Notes under the pieces: generated by a model
What the model saw: only the letters and a program-made list of their open reading frames with translations
The model's database searches: none
Told to the model about the DNA's origin: nothing
From: Actinomycetes bacterium
GTDB taxonomy: Bacteria > Actinomycetota > Actinomycetes > JBBQFP01
Direction: 5' to 3'
Assembly (NCBI GenBank): GCA_038322045.1
Contig: JBBQFP010000010.1
Span: 6,506-70,505 of the forward strand
DNA length: 64,000 nucleotides
Program-made: the position numbers and the translations under genes
Shown here: in pieces, positions 13,746-22,612 of the stretch
Numbering within the stretch: position 1 is the stretch's first letter
Layout of the letters: every line of letters starts with the position of its first letter

Positions 13746-14173
13746 GGCAGGCGGACGACGGCCGAGGCCTTGGCGAGCACCGTCTGACCGCCCGAGGTCA
13801 CCCGCAGGTCGACCCGGACGCGGGAGCCCTCGAGCTTCTCGGCCACCCGGCCGGTGATGACGACCGTGGCGCCGACGCCGTCGTCCGGCACGACGACCGG
13901 ACGGGTGAAGCGCACGCCGTACTCCTCGACGGCCCCGGGGTCGCCCGCCCAGTCGGTGACGACACGCACGGCCTCGGCCATGGTGAGCATGCCGTGGGCG
14001 ATGACGTCGGGCAGGCCGACCTCGCGGGCAACTCGCTCGTTCCAGTGGATGACGTTGTGGTCGCCGCTCGCACCGCAGTAGCGGACGAGGTCGAGGCGGG
14101 TCAGCGGCACGGACAACGACGGGAGCTCGCCTCCTACCTCGACGTCGGCCCAGCGAACCGTGGCGGTGCTCAT
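13742..14173 (-). CDS. MaoC-family dehydratase (HadB-like)
   Basis: Hydratase-2 motif YCGASGDHNVIHW...AHGMLTM. Confidence 0.88.
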   Translation of the reverse strand: MSTATVRWADVEVGGELPSLSVPLTRLDLVRYCGASGDHNVIHWNERVAREVGLPDVIAHGMLTMAEAVRVVTDWAGDPGAVEEYGVRFTRPVVVPDDGVGATVVITGRVAEKLEGSRVRVDLRVTSGGQTVLAKASAVVRLP

Positions 14174-14619
14174 GCGCCGGCTCCCCGCGACACGAGCGTC
14201 GAGAACGACGTGCAGACGAGCTCGCCGTCGGTGGTGCGCAGGTCGGCCCGGGTGGTGACGAGGTCGTTGCCGGCCATGCTGCGGATGCTCTCCACGGTCA
14301 CGGTCGTCGTCAGCCGGTCCCCGGCACGGACCGGGCGCGCGCTGAGGAACCGCTGCTCGCCGTGGACCACCCGGGAGTAGTCCAGGCCGAGCTCGGGGTC
14401 GGAGACGACCTGCTCCCCGGCGCGCATGGACAAGACGATGGCGAAGGTCGGCGGCGCGACGAGGTCGGGGTGGCCGAGGGCCCGCGCCGCGTCGACGTCG
14501 CGGTATGCAGGGTTGGGGTCACCCACGGCGTCGGCGAACTCGCGGATCTTCTCGCGACCCACCTCGTAGACGGGCGTGGGCGGGTACGTGCGCCCCACGA
14601 GCAGGGGATCCAGCGCCAT
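14170..14619 (-). CDS. MaoC-family dehydratase N-terminal-type protein (HadA-like)
   Basis: YEVGREKIREFA, APPTF, VHGEQRF; follows rpmG. Confidence 0.85.
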   Translation of the reverse strand: MALDPLLVGRTYPPTPVYEVGREKIREFADAVGDPNPAYRDVDAARALGHPDLVAPPTFAIVLSMRAGEQVVSDPELGLDYSRVVHGEQRFLSARPVRAGDRLTTTVTVESIRSMAGNDLVTTRADLRTTDGELVCTSFSTLVSRGAGA

Positions 14620-14646
14620 CGGAACTCCTCGGGAGCAGACGCACGA

Positions 14647-14674
14647 GAGGACCGCCCCGAACGGGACGGCCCTC
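14647..14674 (-). terminator. Hairpin after rpmG
   Basis: Minus strand GAGGGCCGTCCC-GTTC-GGGGCGGTCCTC (12-bp stem with G-U pairs). Confidence 0.55.
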
Positions 14675-14694
14675 GATCGCGGGACGGACGACGA

Positions 14695-14862
14695 CTAGCG
14701 GGTCTCGCGGTGCGCGCGGTGGCAGCGGCAGCGCGGGCAGAACTTCTTGAGCTCCATGCGGTCCGGGTCGTTGCGGCGGTTCTTCTTCGTGATGTAGTTG
14801 CGCTCCTTGCACTCGGTGCAGGCCAAGGTGATCTTGGGACGGACGTCGGTCTTGGCGGCCAC
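14695..14862 (-). CDS. rpmG: 50S ribosomal protein L33 (Zn-ribbon form)
   Basis: Hand translation: [55 protein letters not shown]. Confidence 0.97.
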   Translation of the reverse strand: MAAKTDVRPKITLACTECKERNYITKKNRRNDPDRMELKKFCPRCRCHRAHRETR

Positions 14863-15002
14863 GGAAGTGCCTTTCGTGCGTCAACGGGAGATCAGACGAG
14901 CGATCACGGAGCGGCGCTACGACGAAAGACGCCGCAGCGAAGGACCAAACCGCCTCAGGGTAGCCGAGCCTGCGGCTCGGAGGCGAACCGCAGGCGCGCG
15001 AG

Positions 15003-15031
15003 GCGTGATGTGCAGGTGCGTGATGTGCAGG
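15003..15031. repeat. 15-bp tandem duplication 3' of tRNA-Met
   Basis: GCGTGATGTGCAGGT GCGTGATGTGCAGG. Confidence 0.85.
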
Positions 15032-15037
15032 ACGTGC

Positions 15038-15113
15038 TGGTAGCGGAGGCCGGACTTGAACCGGCGACACAGCGATTATGAGCCGCTTGCTCTACCGACT
15101 GAGCTACTCCGCC
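15038..15113 (-). tRNA. tRNA-Met (CAT), elongator type, encoded CCA
   Basis: GGCGGAGTAGCTCAG...CTCATAA...GGTTCAAGTCC...CTCCGCTACCA. Confidence 0.93.
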
Positions 15114-15165
15114 GAGACAGCAGAGCCAGGGGTCGCCGTCGCCGACTCCCCTCCATTCTGTGTCG

Positions 15166-15238
15166 AGCCCCCTTACGGAATCGAACCGTAGACCTTCTCC
15201 TTACCATGGAGACGCTCTGCCGACTGAGCTAAGGGGGC
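15166..15238 (-). tRNA. tRNA-Thr (GGT)
   Basis: GCCCCCTTAGCTCAG...ATGGTAA...GGTTCGATTCC...AGGGGGCT. Confidence 0.96.
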
Positions 15239-15308
15239 GAGGCAGTCGCAGAGCATACACGCCGGGACGCGACAGGGGCGCCACCAGTCGGTGACGCCCC
15301 CGAGACGG

Positions 15309-15390
15309 TGGCAGGTGCAGGGTTCGAACCTGCGTAGGCTGAGCCGACGGTTTTACAGACCGCTCCCTTTGGCCACTCGGGCAACCTGCC
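15309..15390 (-). tRNA. tRNA-Tyr (GTA)
   Basis: GGCAGGTTGCCCGAGTGGCCAAAGG...CTGTAAA, long variable arm, GGTTCGAACCC...ACCTGCCA. Confidence 0.96.
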
Positions 15391-15494
15391 GAGCCGCCGC
15401 CTCGCCCGAGCGCGTGTGACGGGCACGCACGACGGCCTGGACGGCGGCTGAAAGGATAGCCCACACCAGCCGAGCAGAAGGACACCCGCACGCT

Positions 15495-15983
15495 ATGGCC
15501 GACGCCTCGTTCGACATCGTCAGCAAGGTCGACCGTCAGGAGGTCGACAACGCGCTCAACCAGGCCGCGAAGGAGATCTCCCAGCGCTTCGACTTCAAAA
15601 ACGTCGGCGCCTCCATCGCCTGGTCGGGTGAGTCGGTGGAGATGCGCGCCAGCACCGAGGAGCGCGTCGCCGCCGTCCTCGACGTCTTTCGCGACAAGCT
15701 CGTCAAGCGCGGGGTCTCGCTCAAGGGCCTCGACGCCGGAGAGCCCGCGGCGTCGGGCAAGGAGTACCGGGTGTCGGCGTCCCTCAAGCAGGGGCTGACC
15801 CAGGAGCAGGCGAAGCAGATCGCCAAGCTCATCCGGGAGCAGGGGCCGAAGAACGTCAAGCCGCTCGTCCAGGGCGACGAGCTGCGGGTCACCGGCAAGA
15901 GCCGCGACGATCTCCAGGCCGTCATCGCGCTGCTCAAGGGCGAGGACCTCGAGGTCGCCCTGCAGTTCGTCAACTACCGCTAG
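15495..15983 (+). CDS. yajQ: YajQ family nucleotide-binding protein
   Basis: [20 protein letters not shown]...RFDFK...[16 protein letters not shown]...QFVNYR. Confidence 0.95.
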   Translation: MADASFDIVSKVDRQEVDNALNQAAKEISQRFDFKNVGASIAWSGESVEMRASTEERVAAVLDVFRDKLVKRGVSLKGLDAGEPAASGKEYRVSASLKQGLTQEQAKQIAKLIREQGPKNVKPLVQGDELRVTGKSRDDLQAVIALLKGEDLEVALQFVNYR

Positions 15984-15993
15984 CCGCCGGTCG

Positions 15994-16419
15994 TCAGCGG
16001 CCGCGGTTGACCCGACGCCCGGGTGCCGGCGCCGGCTCCTCGGCGAGCGGGTCGAGGGGGGCGGGCGGCACGACCGTGGGCAGGAACGCCCCGAGCGCGT
16101 CGGCGTCGTGGCTCAAGGCCGCCCGAGATGCTGCGGGGTAGTCGTGCTCGGGGCTCCAGAACAGCGCGTCGAACGGGCACACCTCAACGCAGATTCCGCA
16201 GTACATGCACAGGCCCCAGTCGATCTCGAAGGCGTCGAGGACCTGCACGGTGCGCGCCCGTCCGCGAGACCCCTCGGGGGGCAGGGACTGCGGGTGAGAG
16301 GCCACGGTGATGCACTGGTCGGGGCACTCCTTGACGCACAGGTCGCACGCCGTGCAGCTGTCGGCGTCCAGGGCGATGGCACCCCGCGACCTCGGCGGCA
16401 GGCCGACGCCGGAGCTCAC
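15994..16419 (-). CDS. nuoI2: NuoI-like 2x[4Fe-4S] protein (second copy)
   Basis: CTACDLCVKECP and CMYCGICVEVCPFDAL; GTG start overlaps the upstream stop. Confidence 0.85.
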   Translation of the reverse strand: MSSGVGLPPRSRGAIALDADSCTACDLCVKECPDQCITVASHPQSLPPEGSRGRARTVQVLDAFEIDWGLCMYCGICVEVCPFDALFWSPEHDYPAASRAALSHDADALGAFLPTVVPPAPLDPLAEEPAPAPGRRVNRGR

Positions 16420-16823
16420 CCCTCCCCCTGCCTCGGGGCATGGCCGGCAGCCGGCCGGTGCGCGGGCAGCGTGACGTCGCGACGCAGCGGCCAGCGCAGC
16501 TCGGCCGGCCGGTCGACGCCGGTGGGCAGCAGCAGCGGCCGGGGGTCGGGGTGACCGCGGAACGTGACCCCGAACATCTCGGCGGCCTCCCGCTCGTGCC
16601 AGGCGGCCCCGGGGAGCACCGGCGTCGCGCTGTCGATCTCGGGCGCCTCCCGGGGCAGCCGGGTCCGCAGCATCACGTGCCGGTCGGAGTACAGGTGGAC
16701 GACGACCTCGAACCCCGAGCCGTCGGGCAGGTCGACGACACCGAGCCAGTCGAAGAACGTCGCACCCGCGGCGTGCGCCTCGCGCAAGGCGTCGAGCCAG
16801 TCCTCGGGCGCCACGGAGGTCAT
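16416..16823 (-). CDS. nuoC2: Short NuoC-like protein (second copy)
   Basis: GAAWHEREAAEMFGVTFRGHPDPRPLLL...PLRRD; ATG at 16823. Confidence 0.85.
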   Translation of the reverse strand: MTSVAPEDWLDALREAHAAGATFFDWLGVVDLPDGSGFEVVVHLYSDRHVMLRTRLPREAPEIDSATPVLPGAAWHEREAAEMFGVTFRGHPDPRPLLLPTGVDRPAELRWPLRRDVTLPAHRPAAGHAPRQGEG

Positions 16824-17230
16824 GGCGCCTCCGCCCCGAGAAGGAGGTCCAGCCCCGCGAGCAGCGCCTCGGGCCGCGGGGGGCACCCCGGGACGACGAC
16901 GTCCACCGGCACGAGCGACCCGGCACCCGGAACGACCGCGTAGGAGTCCCAGTAGGGACCGCCGGAGATTGCGCACGCGCCGAACGCGAGGACCCGCCGC
17001 GGCTCCCGCAGGGCGTCGTAGGCGGCCCGGACGGCGGGCGCCAGCGCCGAGGTGATGGTGCCGGAGACGACGAGCACATCGGCGTCGGCCGGCACGTCAG
17101 CGGCACGGAGGCCGGTCAGCCGGGTGAGGGCCGCCATGACCTCGACGGCGCAGCAGGCCAGCCCGAGGTCGTAGAGGTGCAGGTCGAGGTGGCTGCCCGA
17201 GGGCGTCGTCACCGCTGCACCCGCCGTCAC
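16820..17230 (-). CDS. nuoB2: NuoB-like Fe-S protein (second copy)
   Basis: [34 protein letters not shown]; GTG at 17230 lies 6 nt after a TACACT -10. Confidence 0.87.
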   Translation of the reverse strand: MTAGAAVTTPSGSHLDLHLYDLGLACCAVEVMAALTRLTGLRAADVPADADVLVVSGTITSALAPAVRAAYDALREPRRVLAFGACAISGGPYWDSYAVVPGAGSLVPVDVVVPGCPPRPEALLAGLDLLLGAEAP

Positions 17231-17291
17231 GCGGGAAGTGTAGGCACGCTGCGCTAACCTCTCGGCCGACCCCCACACGAAGGACTCCCCC

Positions 17292-18605
17292 ATGACGGGC
17301 CCCTGGCGGCTGCACGGAGACGGTCGGACCATCGCACCGGGGGAGGTGGTCTCCCCGGACGAGCGTCTCACCTGGCCGCGTACCGTCGGCATCGGCATGC
17401 AGCACGTCGTCGCCATGTTCGGGGCGACGTTCCTCGTCCCCGTCATCACCGGGTTCCCCGTGACGACGACACTGTTCTTCTCCGGCGTCGGCACGGTGCT
17501 CTTCCTCACGGTGACCCGCAACCGGCTGCCGAGCTACCTCGGCTCGTCGTTCGCCTTCATCGCCCCGGTGCTGGCGGCGACGAAGAGCGGCGGGATCCCC
17601 CAGGCGCTGGGCGGCATCGTCGTCGCCGGCGTCGCCTTCGCCCTCATCGGCGCCGTCGTGACGCGCGCAGGCACCGGCTGGATCGACCTGCTCATGCCGC
17701 CAGTAGTCACCGGCGCGATCGTGGCCCTCATCGGCCTCAACCTCGCCCCGGCGGCCTACGGCTCGGTGCAGAAGGCCCCGGTGACCGCCGTCGTCACGCT
17801 CGTCGCCGTCGTCGTCCTCGCCGTGGCCCTCCGCGGCTTCCCCGCGAGGATCTCCATCGTCCTCGGCGTCCTCGTCGGGTACCTCACGGCGGCCGTGCGC
17901 GGCGAGCTGGACTTCACCGGCGTCAAGGACGCCGCCTGGGTGGGCCTGCCCGACTTCACCGCACCGCACTTCACGGCGTCAGCAGCCGTGCTCTTCCTCC
18001 CGGTGGTCCTGGTCCTCGCGGCCGAGAACATCGGCCACGTCAAGGCCGTCGCTGCGATGACCGGCCGCGACCTCGACTCCTCCATCGGGCGCGCCTTCAT
18101 CGGCGACGGGCTCGCGACGACCCTCGCCGGCCTCGGCGGCGGCTCCGGGACGACGACCTACGCCGAGAACATCGGCGTCATGGCGGCCACCCGCGTGTAC
18201 TCGACGGCGGCCTACTGGGTGGCCGGCCTGACAGCGGTCGCGCTGAGCTTCCTGCCGAAGTTCGGCGCGCTCGTCAACACCGTCCCGCCCGGCGTCATCG
18301 GTGGCGTGACGACGCTGCTCTACGGTCTCATCGGCGTGCTCGGTGCCCGGATCTGGGTGCAGGCCAAGGTCGACTTCTCGGACACGGTGAACCTCTACAC
18401 GGCGGCCGTGGCACTCGTCATCGGCGTCGCCAACTACACCGTCACGCGCGGGGAACTCGTTCTCAACGGCATCGCGCTGGGCTCGTTCGCCGCGCTCGCC
18501 GTCTACCACTCGATGCGGCTGCTCTCCGGGCGCGAGGGCCGCGCCGGGACCGGTCCGTCCAGGGAGACGACGTCCTCCGGAGGTGCTCGAACGGACGTAG
18601 CATGA
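17292..18605 (+). CDS. NCS2 uracil/xanthine permease
   Basis: QHVVAMFGAT, YLGSSFAF, TTTYAENIGVMAATRVYS; many TM helices. Confidence 0.93.
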   Translation: MTGPWRLHGDGRTIAPGEVVSPDERLTWPRTVGIGMQHVVAMFGATFLVPVITGFPVTTTLFFSGVGTVLFLTVTRNRLPSYLGSSFAFIAPVLAATKSGGIPQALGGIVVAGVAFALIGAVVTRAGTGWIDLLMPPVVTGAIVALIGLNLAPAAYGSVQKAPVTAVVTLVAVVVLAVALRGFPARISIVLGVLVGYLTAAVRGELDFTGVKDAAWVGLPDFTAPHFTASAAVLFLPVVLVLAAENIGHVKAVAAMTGRDLDSSIGRAFIGDGLATTLAGLGGGSGTTTYAENIGVMAATRVYSTAAYWVAGLTAVALSFLPKFGALVNTVPPGVIGGVTTLLYGLIGVLGARIWVQAKVDFSDTVNLYTAAVALVIGVANYTVTRGELVLNGIALGSFAALAVYHSMRLLSGREGRAGTGPSRETTSSGGARTDVA

Positions 18606-18674
18606 GCGCCGCGGTACCCATCCGCCCGACGCTCCGGGCCTGTCTTCTCGGGGCCGCGGGGAGGTCGGGTTCCG

Positions 18675-20543
18675 GTGGTCAAGCAGGTCGAGCAGCTCGA
18701 GCGTGTGGTCATCCGGTTCGCGGGTGACTCCGGCGACGGGATGCAGCTGACAGGCGACAGGTTCACCGCGACGACGGCTGCCTTCGGCAACGACCTCTCG
18801 ACGCTGCCGAACTACCCCGCCGAGATCCGGGCACCCGCCGGGACCCTGCCGGGCGTCTCCTCGTTCCAGCTCCACTTCGCCGACCGCGACATCGTCACCC
18901 CCGGCGACAGCCCCGACGTCCTCGTGGCGATGAACCCGGCAGCCCTCAAGGCCAACATCGCCGACCTGCCGCGCGGCGGCCAGATCATCGTCGACACCCA
19001 CGAGTTCACCGCCCGAGCTCTGGCCAAGGTGGCCTACGCGAGCAACCCCCTCGACGACGGCTCGCTGGAGGGCTACCGGGTCCACGCCCTCGACCTCACC
19101 GGCATGACGGTGGAGTCGGTCAAGGACTTCGGCCTCGGCCGCAAGGAGGCCTCGCGGGCGAAGAACATGTTCGCCCTCGGGCTGCTGTCGTGGCTCTACC
19201 ACCGCCCGGTCGAGGGCACCGTGGCGTTCCTCGAGACGAAGTTCGCCACGAAGCCCGACATCATGAAGGCCAACCTCGCCGCGTTCTACGCCGGCTACAA
19301 CTTCGGTGAGACGACCGAGGACTTCGCCGTCTCCTACGAGGTTCGGCCCGCCCCGATGGCCTCCGGGCGCTACCGCAACATCACCGGCAACACCGCGCTC
19401 TCGCTAGGCCTCGTCGCGGCCTCCCAGCGCAGCGGACTGCCGCTGTTCCTCGGCTCGTACCCGATCACCCCGGCCTCCGACATCCTCCACGAGCTGTCCA
19501 AGCACAAGCGCTTCGGCGTGCGGACCTTCCAGGCCGAGGACGAGATCGCCGCCGTCGGCTCGGCCCTCGGCGCGGCCTTCGGTGGGGCGCTCGGCGTGAC
19601 GACGACGTCCGGCCCGGGTCTCGCCCTCAAGCAGGAGACCATCGGGCTCGCCGTCTCCCTCGAGCTGCCCCTCATCGTCGTCGACGTCCAGCGCGGCGGG
19701 CCCTCGACCGGCCTGCCGACGAAGACCGAGCAGTCCGACCTCCTCCAGGCGCTCTTCGGCCGCAACGGCGAGGCACCCGTGGCGGTCGTCGCCCCGCAGT
19801 CGCCGTCGGACTGCTTCGACGCCGCGATGGACGCCGTCCGGATCGCCACGACGTACCGCACGCCGGTCCTCCTGCTCTCCGACGGCTACCTCGCCAACGG
19901 CTCGGAGCCGTGGCGGATCCCCGAGGTCGACGAGCTGCCCGACCTGCGGGTGTCCTACGCCGACCCCGCGGACTTCGCCGAGGTGGCCTTCGCCCCGTAC
20001 CGCCGCAACCCGCAGACGCTCGCCCGGCCGTGGGCGATCCCGGGCACGCCGGGGCTCGAGCACCGGATCGGCGGCATCGAGAAGGCCGACGTCACCGGTG
20101 AGATCTCCTACGACCCGGACAACCACGACCTCATGGTCCGACTGCGTCAGGCGAAGATCGACGGCATCAGCGTCCCCGACCTCGAGGTCGAGGACCCCAC
20201 CGACGACGCCTCGGTGCTCGTCCTGGGCTGGGGGTCGACCTACGGCCCCATCGGCGCCGCATGCCGCCGCCTGCGTACCGACGGTCACCGCATCGCCCAG
20301 GCGCACCTGCGCCACATCTCTCCCATGCCGGCGAACACCGGTGAGGTGCTCGGCCGCTATGAACGCGTCGTGCTGCCCGAGATGAACCTCGGCCAGCTCG
20401 CCATGCTCCTGCGCGCCCGGTTCCTCATCGACATCCGCAGCTACACGCAGGTGCGCGGCATGCCGTTCAAGGCCACCGAGCTCGCCGACGTCCTCGAGGG
20501 CGTCATCGCCGAGACCTCTTCAGGGAAAGGCCCTGTCCCGTGA
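18675..20543 (+). CDS. korA: 2-oxoacid:ferredoxin oxidoreductase alpha subunit
   Basis: AGDSGDGMQLTG, YPITPAS, QAEDEIAA, QRGGPSTGLPT. Confidence 0.93.
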   Translation: MVKQVEQLERVVIRFAGDSGDGMQLTGDRFTATTAAFGNDLSTLPNYPAEIRAPAGTLPGVSSFQLHFADRDIVTPGDSPDVLVAMNPAALKANIADLPRGGQIIVDTHEFTARALAKVAYASNPLDDGSLEGYRVHALDLTGMTVESVKDFGLGRKEASRAKNMFALGLLSWLYHRPVEGTVAFLETKFATKPDIMKANLAAFYAGYNFGETTEDFAVSYEVRPAPMASGRYRNITGNTALSLGLVAASQRSGLPLFLGSYPITPASDILHELSKHKRFGVRTFQAEDEIAAVGSALGAAFGGALGVTTTSGPGLALKQETIGLAVSLELPLIVVDVQRGGPSTGLPTKTEQSDLLQALFGRNGEAPVAVVAPQSPSDCFDAAMDAVRIATTYRTPVLLLSDGYLANGSEPWRIPEVDELPDLRVSYADPADFAEVAFAPYRRNPQTLARPWAIPGTPGLEHRIGGIEKADVTGEISYDPDNHDLMVRLRQAKIDGISVPDLEVEDPTDDASVLVLGWGSTYGPIGAACRRLRTDGHRIAQAHLRHISPMPANTGEVLGRYERVVLPEMNLGQLAMLLRARFLIDIRSYTQVRGMPFKATELADVLEGVIAETSSGKGPVP

Positions 20544-21649
20544 CTGACGCCCCCGTGCTCGCGACGGCCGCCGGGCTGCTCGCGACGGCCGCCGGGCTCG
20601 AGCTCGTCCCCACGAGCTCAGAGCCGCAGAACCGCAAGCAGTACACCTCCGACCAGGAGGTCCGCTGGTGCCCGGGGTGCGGGGACTACGCCGTCCTTGC
20701 CGCGGTCCAGGGGTTCCTCCCCGAGCTCGGGCTGCGCCGCGAGAACATCGTCTTCGTCTCGGGCATCGGCTGCTCATCCCGGTTCCCGTACTACCTCGAC
20801 ACCTACGGGATGCACTCGATCCACGGGCGGGCGCCGGCGATCGCCACGGGCCTCGCGACCTCGCGTCCGGACCTCGCCGTCTTCGTCGTCACGGGGGACG
20901 GTGACGCGCTCTCGATCGGCGGCAACCACCTCATCCACGCCCTCCGACGCAACGTCAACTTCACCATCCTCCTGTTCAACAACCGCATCTACGGGTTGAC
21001 CAAGGGCCAGTACTCCCCGACGTCGGAGCAGGGGAAGATCACGAAGTCGACGCCGCTGGGCTCCCTCGACGCCCCGTTCAACCCGGTCTCCCTCGCCCTC
21101 GGCGCGGAGGGGACCTTCGTCGCCCGCACGATCGACTCCGACCGGGCGCACCTCACGTCGGTGCTGCGCGCCGCCACCGCCCACGAGGGCACGTCGCTCG
21201 TCGAGATCTACCAGAACTGCAACATCTTCAACGACGGCGCCTTCGACCTCCTCAAGGACCCCGAGACGCGCGACGCCGCGCTCATCCGGCTCGAGCACGG
21301 CAAGCCCATGGTCTTCGGCAAGGAGGGCCAGCACGGTGTCGTGCGCGACCCGGTCAGCGGCAATCTCCGGGTCGCCGAGGTGGCCGACGTCGGGCGCTCA
21401 GCCGTCCTCGTCCACGACGCGCACGACCCGGATCCGGCCACGGCGTTCGCGCTGTCCCGGCTCTCCGGGTCCTCGCTGGCACGCACGCCCATCGGGGTGT
21501 TCCGCGACGTCCAGCGGCCGTCCTACGGTCGGCAGATGTCCGACCAGCTCGCCAGCGCCCGCACCACCCAGGGTCCAGGTGACCTGGCCGCGCTGCTCGG
21601 CGGGGCCGACTCCTGGCAGATCGCCGACGGCGACGCCGGCGAGGAGTAG
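20540..21649 (+). CDS. korB: 2-oxoacid:ferredoxin oxidoreductase beta subunit
   Basis: WCPGCGD, SGIGCSSR, GDGD...NNRIYGLTKGQYSPT. Confidence 0.93.
   Translation: MTDAPVLATAAGLLATAAGLELVPTSSEPQNRKQYTSDQEVRWCPGCGDYAVLAAVQGFLPELGLRRENIVFVSGIGCSSRFPYYLDTYGMHSIHGRAPAIATGLATSRPDLAVFVVTGDGDALSIGGNHLIHALRRNVNFTILLFNNRIYGLTKGQYSPTSEQGKITKSTPLGSLDAPFNPVSLALGAEGTFVARTIDSDRAHLTSVLRAATAHEGTSLVEIYQNCNIFNDGAFDLLKDPETRDAALIRLEHGKPMVFGKEGQHGVVRDPVSGNLRVAEVADVGRSAVLVHDAHDPDPATAFALSRLSGSSLARTPIGVFRDVQRPSYGRQMSDQLASARTTQGPGDLAALLGGADSWQIADGDAGEE
20556..20598. repeat. In-frame 21-bp duplication in korB N-terminus (LATAAGL x2)
   Basis: TGCTCGCGACGGCCGCCGGGC twice. Confidence 0.9.
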
Positions 21650-21703
21650 CCCAGCAGCCGGACGACCACCCGTCCGGCCGGGCCCACCTGTGACGATGCC
21701 GCG

Positions 21704-22600
21704 ATGACCCGCACCGCGAAGGGCACCCTGCTCGCTGCCTCCGCGTACCTCATGTGGGGGCTGTTCCCCCTCTACTGGCCGCTGCTCGAGCCGGCCCGGG
21801 CCGTGGAGATCCTCGCCCACCGGTTCGTCTGGTCCCTGCTCGTCGTCCTGGCCCTGCTCGCGGTGCGACGCTCGTGGTCGTGGATCGGCGTCCTGCGGCG
21901 GGACCCGCGTCGGGTGGCGATGCTCGTGCTCGCGAGCGCCCTCATCGCCGTCAACTGGGGCGTCTACATCTGGGGCGTCAACCACGGTCACGTCGTCGAG
22001 ACCTCGCTCGGCTACTTCATCAACCCCCTCGTCACGATCCTCCTCGGCGTCGGGCTGCTCGGGGAGCGGCTGCGACCCCTGCAGTGGGCGGCCGTCGCCG
22101 TCGCCGCGGGGGCGGTCGTCGTCCTCACCGTGGACTATGGCCGACTGCCGTGGATCGGCCTCGTGCTGGCGTTCTCCTTCGGCGGCTACGGACTGATCAA
22201 GAAGCAGGCGGGCGTCGACGCGCTGCCCAGCCTGGCGACCGAGACGGCCGCGGCGTTCGTGCCGGCGCTCGCCTACCTCGTCGTCCTCGAGGCGAACGGG
22301 TCGGGGACCTTCGGCCACGTCTCCGTCGCGCAGAGCCTGCTCCTCGCGGGCACCGGCATCGTCACGGCGATCCCGCTGCTGTGCTTCGGGGGGGCCGTGA
22401 TTCGCGTCCCGCTCTCGACGATGGGCCTCCTGCAGTACCTCACCCCGACGATGCAGTTCGCCATCGGGGTGCTCGTGCGTCACGAGCCGATGCCCGCCTC
22501 GCGGCTGGCGGGGTTCGCGCTCGTCTGGGTGGCGCTGGCCATGCTGACGACGGACCTCCTCCACGCCCGCCTGCGGCCGCGAGACGTCGCGCCGGTCTGA
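21704..22600 (+). CDS. rarD: EamA-family transporter RarD
   Basis: WGLFPLYW, EILAHRFVWS, SLGYFINPL, GLLQYLTPT. Confidence 0.93.
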   Translation: MTRTAKGTLLAASAYLMWGLFPLYWPLLEPARAVEILAHRFVWSLLVVLALLAVRRSWSWIGVLRRDPRRVAMLVLASALIAVNWGVYIWGVNHGHVVETSLGYFINPLVTILLGVGLLGERLRPLQWAAVAVAAGAVVVLTVDYGRLPWIGLVLAFSFGGYGLIKKQAGVDALPSLATETAAAFVPALAYLVVLEANGSGTFGHVSVAQSLLLAGTGIVTAIPLLCFGGAVIRVPLSTMGLLQYLTPTMQFAIGVLVRHEPMPASRLAGFALVWVALAMLTTDLLHARLRPRDVAPV

Positions 22601-22612
22601 CGGCTCGCCAGG

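Noticed and set aside
13742-14619. HadAB-like pair as evidence for mycolic acid synthesis
   Set aside because: This pair follows rpmG in many Actinobacteria without mycolates; no other FAS-II genes in the window.
15038-15113. CAT tRNA as initiator Met or Ile2
   Set aside because: Paired 1:72 position, no triple G-C anticodon stem, and the usual Thr-Met-rpmG context favour elongator Met.
15038-15390. tRNA genes as integration sites for an island or prophage
   Set aside because: No integrase, no duplicated tRNA 3' end seen, and flanking genes are core.
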